Shown one piece after another: positions 59,350 through 64,000 of a DNA stretch of 64,000 nucleotides. Under the pieces are notes generated by a model. The model was not told the DNA's origin and made no database searches. It saw nothing but the letters and a program-made list of their open reading frames with translations. The stretch spans positions 46,742,427 to 46,806,426 of the forward strand of contig JARFYF010000001.1 of assembly GCA_030265395.1 (NCBI GenBank). The letters are read 5' to 3'. Each line of letters begins with the position of its first letter. The stretch's first letter is position 1. A program made the position numbers and the translations under genes. This DNA comes from Rhina ancylostomus. Lineage: Eukaryota.

Positions 59350-59880
59350 TTATATAGGAGTCACAAAGCCAAAAGAGGCATTTGGCCCAACACTGCTATT
59401 CTGATCCTTATACCACACACAAGCCTCTCCCTTCCCTAATTCATCTAATTCCATCTGCATATAAATCAATTCCTTTCTCCCTTTACTTAAATAGCTATCC
59501 AAAATACAACATGATTTGTTTCAACCTCTCAATTCAGTAGCAAGTTCTGTATTATGTGACTAAAGATTTTTTTCTTTTGAATATTTTAGTGGATTCATTT
59601 GTGACTCTCTCATATTTGTATCCTATAGGTTTTAATTCTCTTACTATTGTAAATATATTCTCTACGTCAGTCCTATCAAACCTTTAGAAATACCATAAAA
59701 TTTAATTAGGTTACCCATCATTTTTCTCTTCTCTAAAGTCCTTCCCAACAGTTGGAAACCCCTCAGTTCTATTTTCATCCTCCTAAACCTTTCTTGAAAC
59801 TTTGGTACCTCCTTTTATAGTGGAATTATGGACTGTATTCCAAAGGGCAGTCTACCAAAGTTTTTATATAAGCTTAACAA
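59350..59880 (-). mobile_element. highly decayed CR1 3' region
   Basis: gaggcatttggccca tail and cctatcaaaccttt block similar to other CR1 ends. Confidence 0.5.
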
Positions 59881-62814
59881 CACATATCAGATTTTCCATT
59901 TAATTCCACTGAAATAAAAAATTGTGTTTGTTTGCATTTTTGAGGCAATGTTCTGNNNNNNNNNNNNNNNNNNNNNNNNNNNNNNNNNNNNNNNNNNNNN
60001 NNNNNNNNNNNNNNNNNNNNNNNNNNNNNNNNNNNNNNNNNNNNNNNNNNNNNNNNNNNNNNNNNNNCAGTTGGATTTGATCAAAAATGGAATTGACTGT
60101 AATGTAGTGACTATTTCTTAGTAAAAGACATATTTAGTAGATGTTCACACTGATTGCAGTTTGATGCTGATCTGAGTTTCAGGCACATATCTTCTCAATT
60201 ATAACTCAGATTAACTTAATCCACAAAACACTGCCAGTCTCCAACCCAATGTTACACAAACTCTTGTGTATATCTGCACCACCTTCAGACCCATCTATTT
60301 TAAGGCTGTCATTTTTGTCCTCCTATCTTATATCCTCTGCTTTGGATAATTGTGCTGCATGTTTTCTGCTTATACAAAGCCTTATGTAACCAGCATTTCT
60401 TTCCCTGTTGATTTGTATTAATTGGACATTCCAATGCTTTGAACTTAAAATCTAAGCTGTTGAATTTCTCCAAAGCTTCACCAGTTCTTTACTATAACAT
60501 TGATAGAAACTTCACTCATTCACACAATGAACAATTTTCCATTACAATTAAAGCCATGGCTCATAGAATGGTCTGAGAAATTCACCATATACAGTATATT
60601 CCCTCAAAGTACCATAACCAATATTTCTAATTCATTTCAGCTCCATAGTCTCCCAACTGAAGAATAACTTTTTCTTGCATGATTCCTTCAGTTATCTAGA
60701 GCCTACTCTTGGGAATTGACCCCATAAGCTCTCAAACTCCACCTCTTCTAATCACTTTTTCCAACCATCTATGCTCACTACTTTCCCTTATGGGTCAATG
60801 TCTATACTTAATCCAAAATGAAGTGCGGCTTAGGACATCTCCTATTTTAAATCTGTTTACAAATGTATGTTAATGCTCAAACCTACACATTTATATTCAT
60901 TCAATGTTGCACATATATTTACAATGCATGAAGATATTTCCTGAAACACAACACTATAATTGTAATAGACAGGATAAGACATAAAGTACATAACTACAAA
61001 TATAACAGATAAAGTCAAACAAATAAACCAGCATAACACTGGTACTACTAAAAGAACTAAAAGAATATTAATCCAAAGGTGTGAAGTTCCCAGGTAGATC
61101 ATGAAGAGGATTTCTCTCTACAAGAAATAAGTTGTTGCCCTTACTTTAACTGTCTCTCAATCTAATTTTTGGCAGAAATACGAGGTAAAAATTTTCCCGG
61201 GTTAACAGTTAATATAATTCACACCAGCCTTTGTTGACAGAATAAGGTAGTTGTAACTTGATGTCCATATAAAAAGTTTGCAGATTTGGTCATATCATCT
61301 TCAATCACTTTAAAGAATATCAGGCAGAAATTCATTCTCCACTGTTTGTGCTAAAGGGAGAATGTAGTAGGGGTTGCTCATTTAACTGCTTCTCAAAATT
61401 TGGCTCCACTGAAGTCAATGGAAATGAATTTCATAACTGAAATACAATGCACACCTGGATGAATTTCTACCCTGATTTCATTCTCAATCCATACTTCCCA
61501 TAATCAGAAAATAGGTTACACCAAATAACAGGCAAACAATTAGCACAACATATATAAAGCTGCTTTTTCAACCACCATTATATCTTATGGTAAATAATAT
61601 TATGATGGCATTTAAAAAGATTGTATAATGCTTTTAAAAGAAAATCTTATTCAGCATTAATTAAGAAGTGATTAATCAAAAAATTAAATGAATAAATAGT
61701 AAACATCAGAAAAATGACTATAACTTTTAAAATGAGATAGTTTAGCATACTGCAATAATATTTAATAATGCATAATGTTTAAAGAATGCAATGTAGCATT
61801 ATTGTTTGCTATTGTGAACCTATGTAACTAAATATCACTACATTTCTGAAAAATGCCAGAATATTCCATAGGAATAGGAGAAGGCTCCATTACTTCCTTA
61901 AATCTGTTCTGCCAATCAATAAATGTGTGCTGTCTGATTTCAGACCTAACTTCATATTTTTGTTGTCCATAAACTCTAATGAACAAAATCACAATTGGCT
62001 TTGATCAATTACTATTTGCAGACTTTTATCAAGCTCTATGTGTGGAAATGTTCCTGTGTTGAATTTTTTTGTTCCTCGTTTCTTTTCATACAATATTTTG
62101 TAGCTCTTACTATCATTTTCATCTTTTATTGTTTTTGTATCTTTCCCTGTCATTGGCATCTCTGCCTAATTTTGTAATTTTTATGCTTTTTCTTTTATAT
62201 CTATGTGATTCTATGTCCTTTAGAAATCAATTCCTGACATTGTCACTTTGTGATATTAACTGGATCAGTATCACATTAAATTATTATCTGAATATCAATT
62301 ACTCATCTTCTGTTATTTTAGCCATTATCGCTTAAAACTATGTATTCAGCAATATGGTCCTGTTCTGCAACTTACATCTGCTCATTTTGCTGGCTATGGC
62401 ATCCATTCAACTTTGATGGAAACTTATACAACTCATCACTTCATTACACTAATTGAATCCTGATTGGATTTTATTTCAGGCTTGAGTGGAAAACATTTTA
62501 GCCTGTTGTTAGCAGCCTGTAAAATAAAATGTCTCTCAAAGGCAAGTAGAATTCTTTCTTTTGGAGGATCAGACTTCCTCCACTCCACCCAAGTGCCTCT
62601 AAATTAAAAACTGACCTGCTATTTTGTTATTGTTTCACTTTTATGAACGTTAATATAATGGGGTTGTCAGGCAACTGCAGGGATGCATTTTTCAACTTTT
62701 AGTTTTTAGAATTCATTTAAAATTTACATTGTTGAAGAGAATAGCTCTGCTTATATTTAAGCACAAAGCTGTCTCTTGGTGAGATTCATAGCCAATCAGT
62801 ATAAACTAGATTGA

Positions 62815-62948
62815 AAATCAAAAAACACCATATGCTGGAAATCAGATATAAAAACAAAAACGCAAGTAATACTCAGCAAGTCAGGCAGCATTTATTGAGA
62901 GAGAAACAAAGTTAATGTTTCAGGTGGATGATCTTTCATCAGAACAAG
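62815..62948 (-). mobile_element. Penelope-like terminal repeat (inverted)
   Basis: Minus strand gtt-CTGATGA-A-AGATC/CACCT-GAAAC-ATT-aac. Confidence 0.7.
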
Positions 62949-63004
62949 GAAAAGCCATAAATTGAACATGCTCTAAATTGCAGAAAAAGAGGTTGCTTTA
63001 AGTT

Positions 63005-63840
63005 TTCATTCCACTCCGACCTCTCTAGCTGCCTACACTGTTCCAAGGAAGCCCAATGTATGTTCAACGAACAGCATCTGATCCTCCCAACAGATACATT
63101 AAAGCTATCAAGACTCAACAATAAATTCAACCATTTCAAATATATGCCTTGAAATATATGGATGAAAGATCGTTAATCTGTATTGTTAACTCAAGCTTTC
63201 TCTCTCCACAGATGCTGTCAGATCTGCTGAATATTTCCAATACTTTCATTTATTTCACAGCAGTGTTCTGTATTTCACAGCTCCAGCAGTGCTTTTTTTC
63301 CCCAGTCTCCTTTATCCTTTTTCATCTCCATTTATATCAGGGAGATCATTTGCAATTAACAAACTTTCTTCACATTGTTTCAGCCAGCAGCACTACATAT
63401 TTTCTCCTGGTCTCCAGCCTTTCACAAACATGCCCTTTGTTCTCTCCACCTTCCCTCTTTCTCTGAAACTTGTTCAATTTCTATCTTTTCCTAATTCAGA
63501 TGATGAGACAACATAAACCATTACCTCAGTTTCTTTCTCTACAAATGCTGTCTGACCTGCTGAGTATTTCCAACATTTCCTGTATTGATCTGAGATTTGC
63601 AGATACAATATCTTTCAATCTTAGACAAATATTTTATGCCCAGTATGTTGCATTCATAATATATGCTTTTTTCAATGTGAATAGAGATCTTAATACTGAA
63701 ATATTGAGTTACTTGTAGTCCTGATGAAAGGTTGTTGACCTGAAGAAAATAACCCTCGCTTTTCACAGATGCTGTTTGACCTGGTGGGTGTTTCCAGCAA
63801 TTTCTGTTTTTCATCTGAGATTTGCATATCTGCAATATCT
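63005..63840 (+). mobile_element. Penelope-like ORF C-terminus plus three tandem terminal repeats
   Basis: HSDLS..LHCSKEAQ..NEQHLI...RLNNKFNHFK, then repeats near 63160, 63500 and 63716. Confidence 0.7.
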
Positions 63841-64000
63841 TATTTGTGTATGTTTCATGATAATTATTTTCTTAATGATTATAGATTAATTAGTTAATAG
63901 ATTAATATGATTAACTTGATTATAGATCATTTCCATTCTTGGTAAATATTTGTTTCTCAGGCCTTCATATTCAAATACATTTCTTGTGTTCTCTGATTTC

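Overview
AT-rich vertebrate genomic DNA with N gaps. The repeat content (CR1, DeuSINE-like and Penelope-like elements) suggests a cartilaginous fish. The whole window is an internal part of the titin (ttn/connectin) gene on the minus strand. I resolved 84 coding exons from splice signals and reading-frame continuity. In transcript order they are: C-terminal PEVK exons (59.3-52.5 kb, including an unusual 2004-nt exon and a 504-nt acidic repeat exon), the distal tandem Ig domains I84-I105 (including the I91/I27 orthologue), the I/A junction (I106-I118), and A-band D-zone 7-domain super-repeats (A1-A30). Domain numbers come from recalled alignment to human titin. Introns carry CR1, L2-like, Vingi-like, L1-like, DeuSINE-like, Tigger-like MITE and Penelope-like relics. 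Most notable points: Penelope-like terminal repeats carrying minimal hammerhead-ribozyme motifs (about 9 copies, with tandem and inverted arrangements); a candidate Cronos-type internal first exon; the giant repeat-containing PEVK exon; an exon-templated snap-back insertion; two GC-AG introns; a 33-nt microexon; and two strong intronic hairpins.
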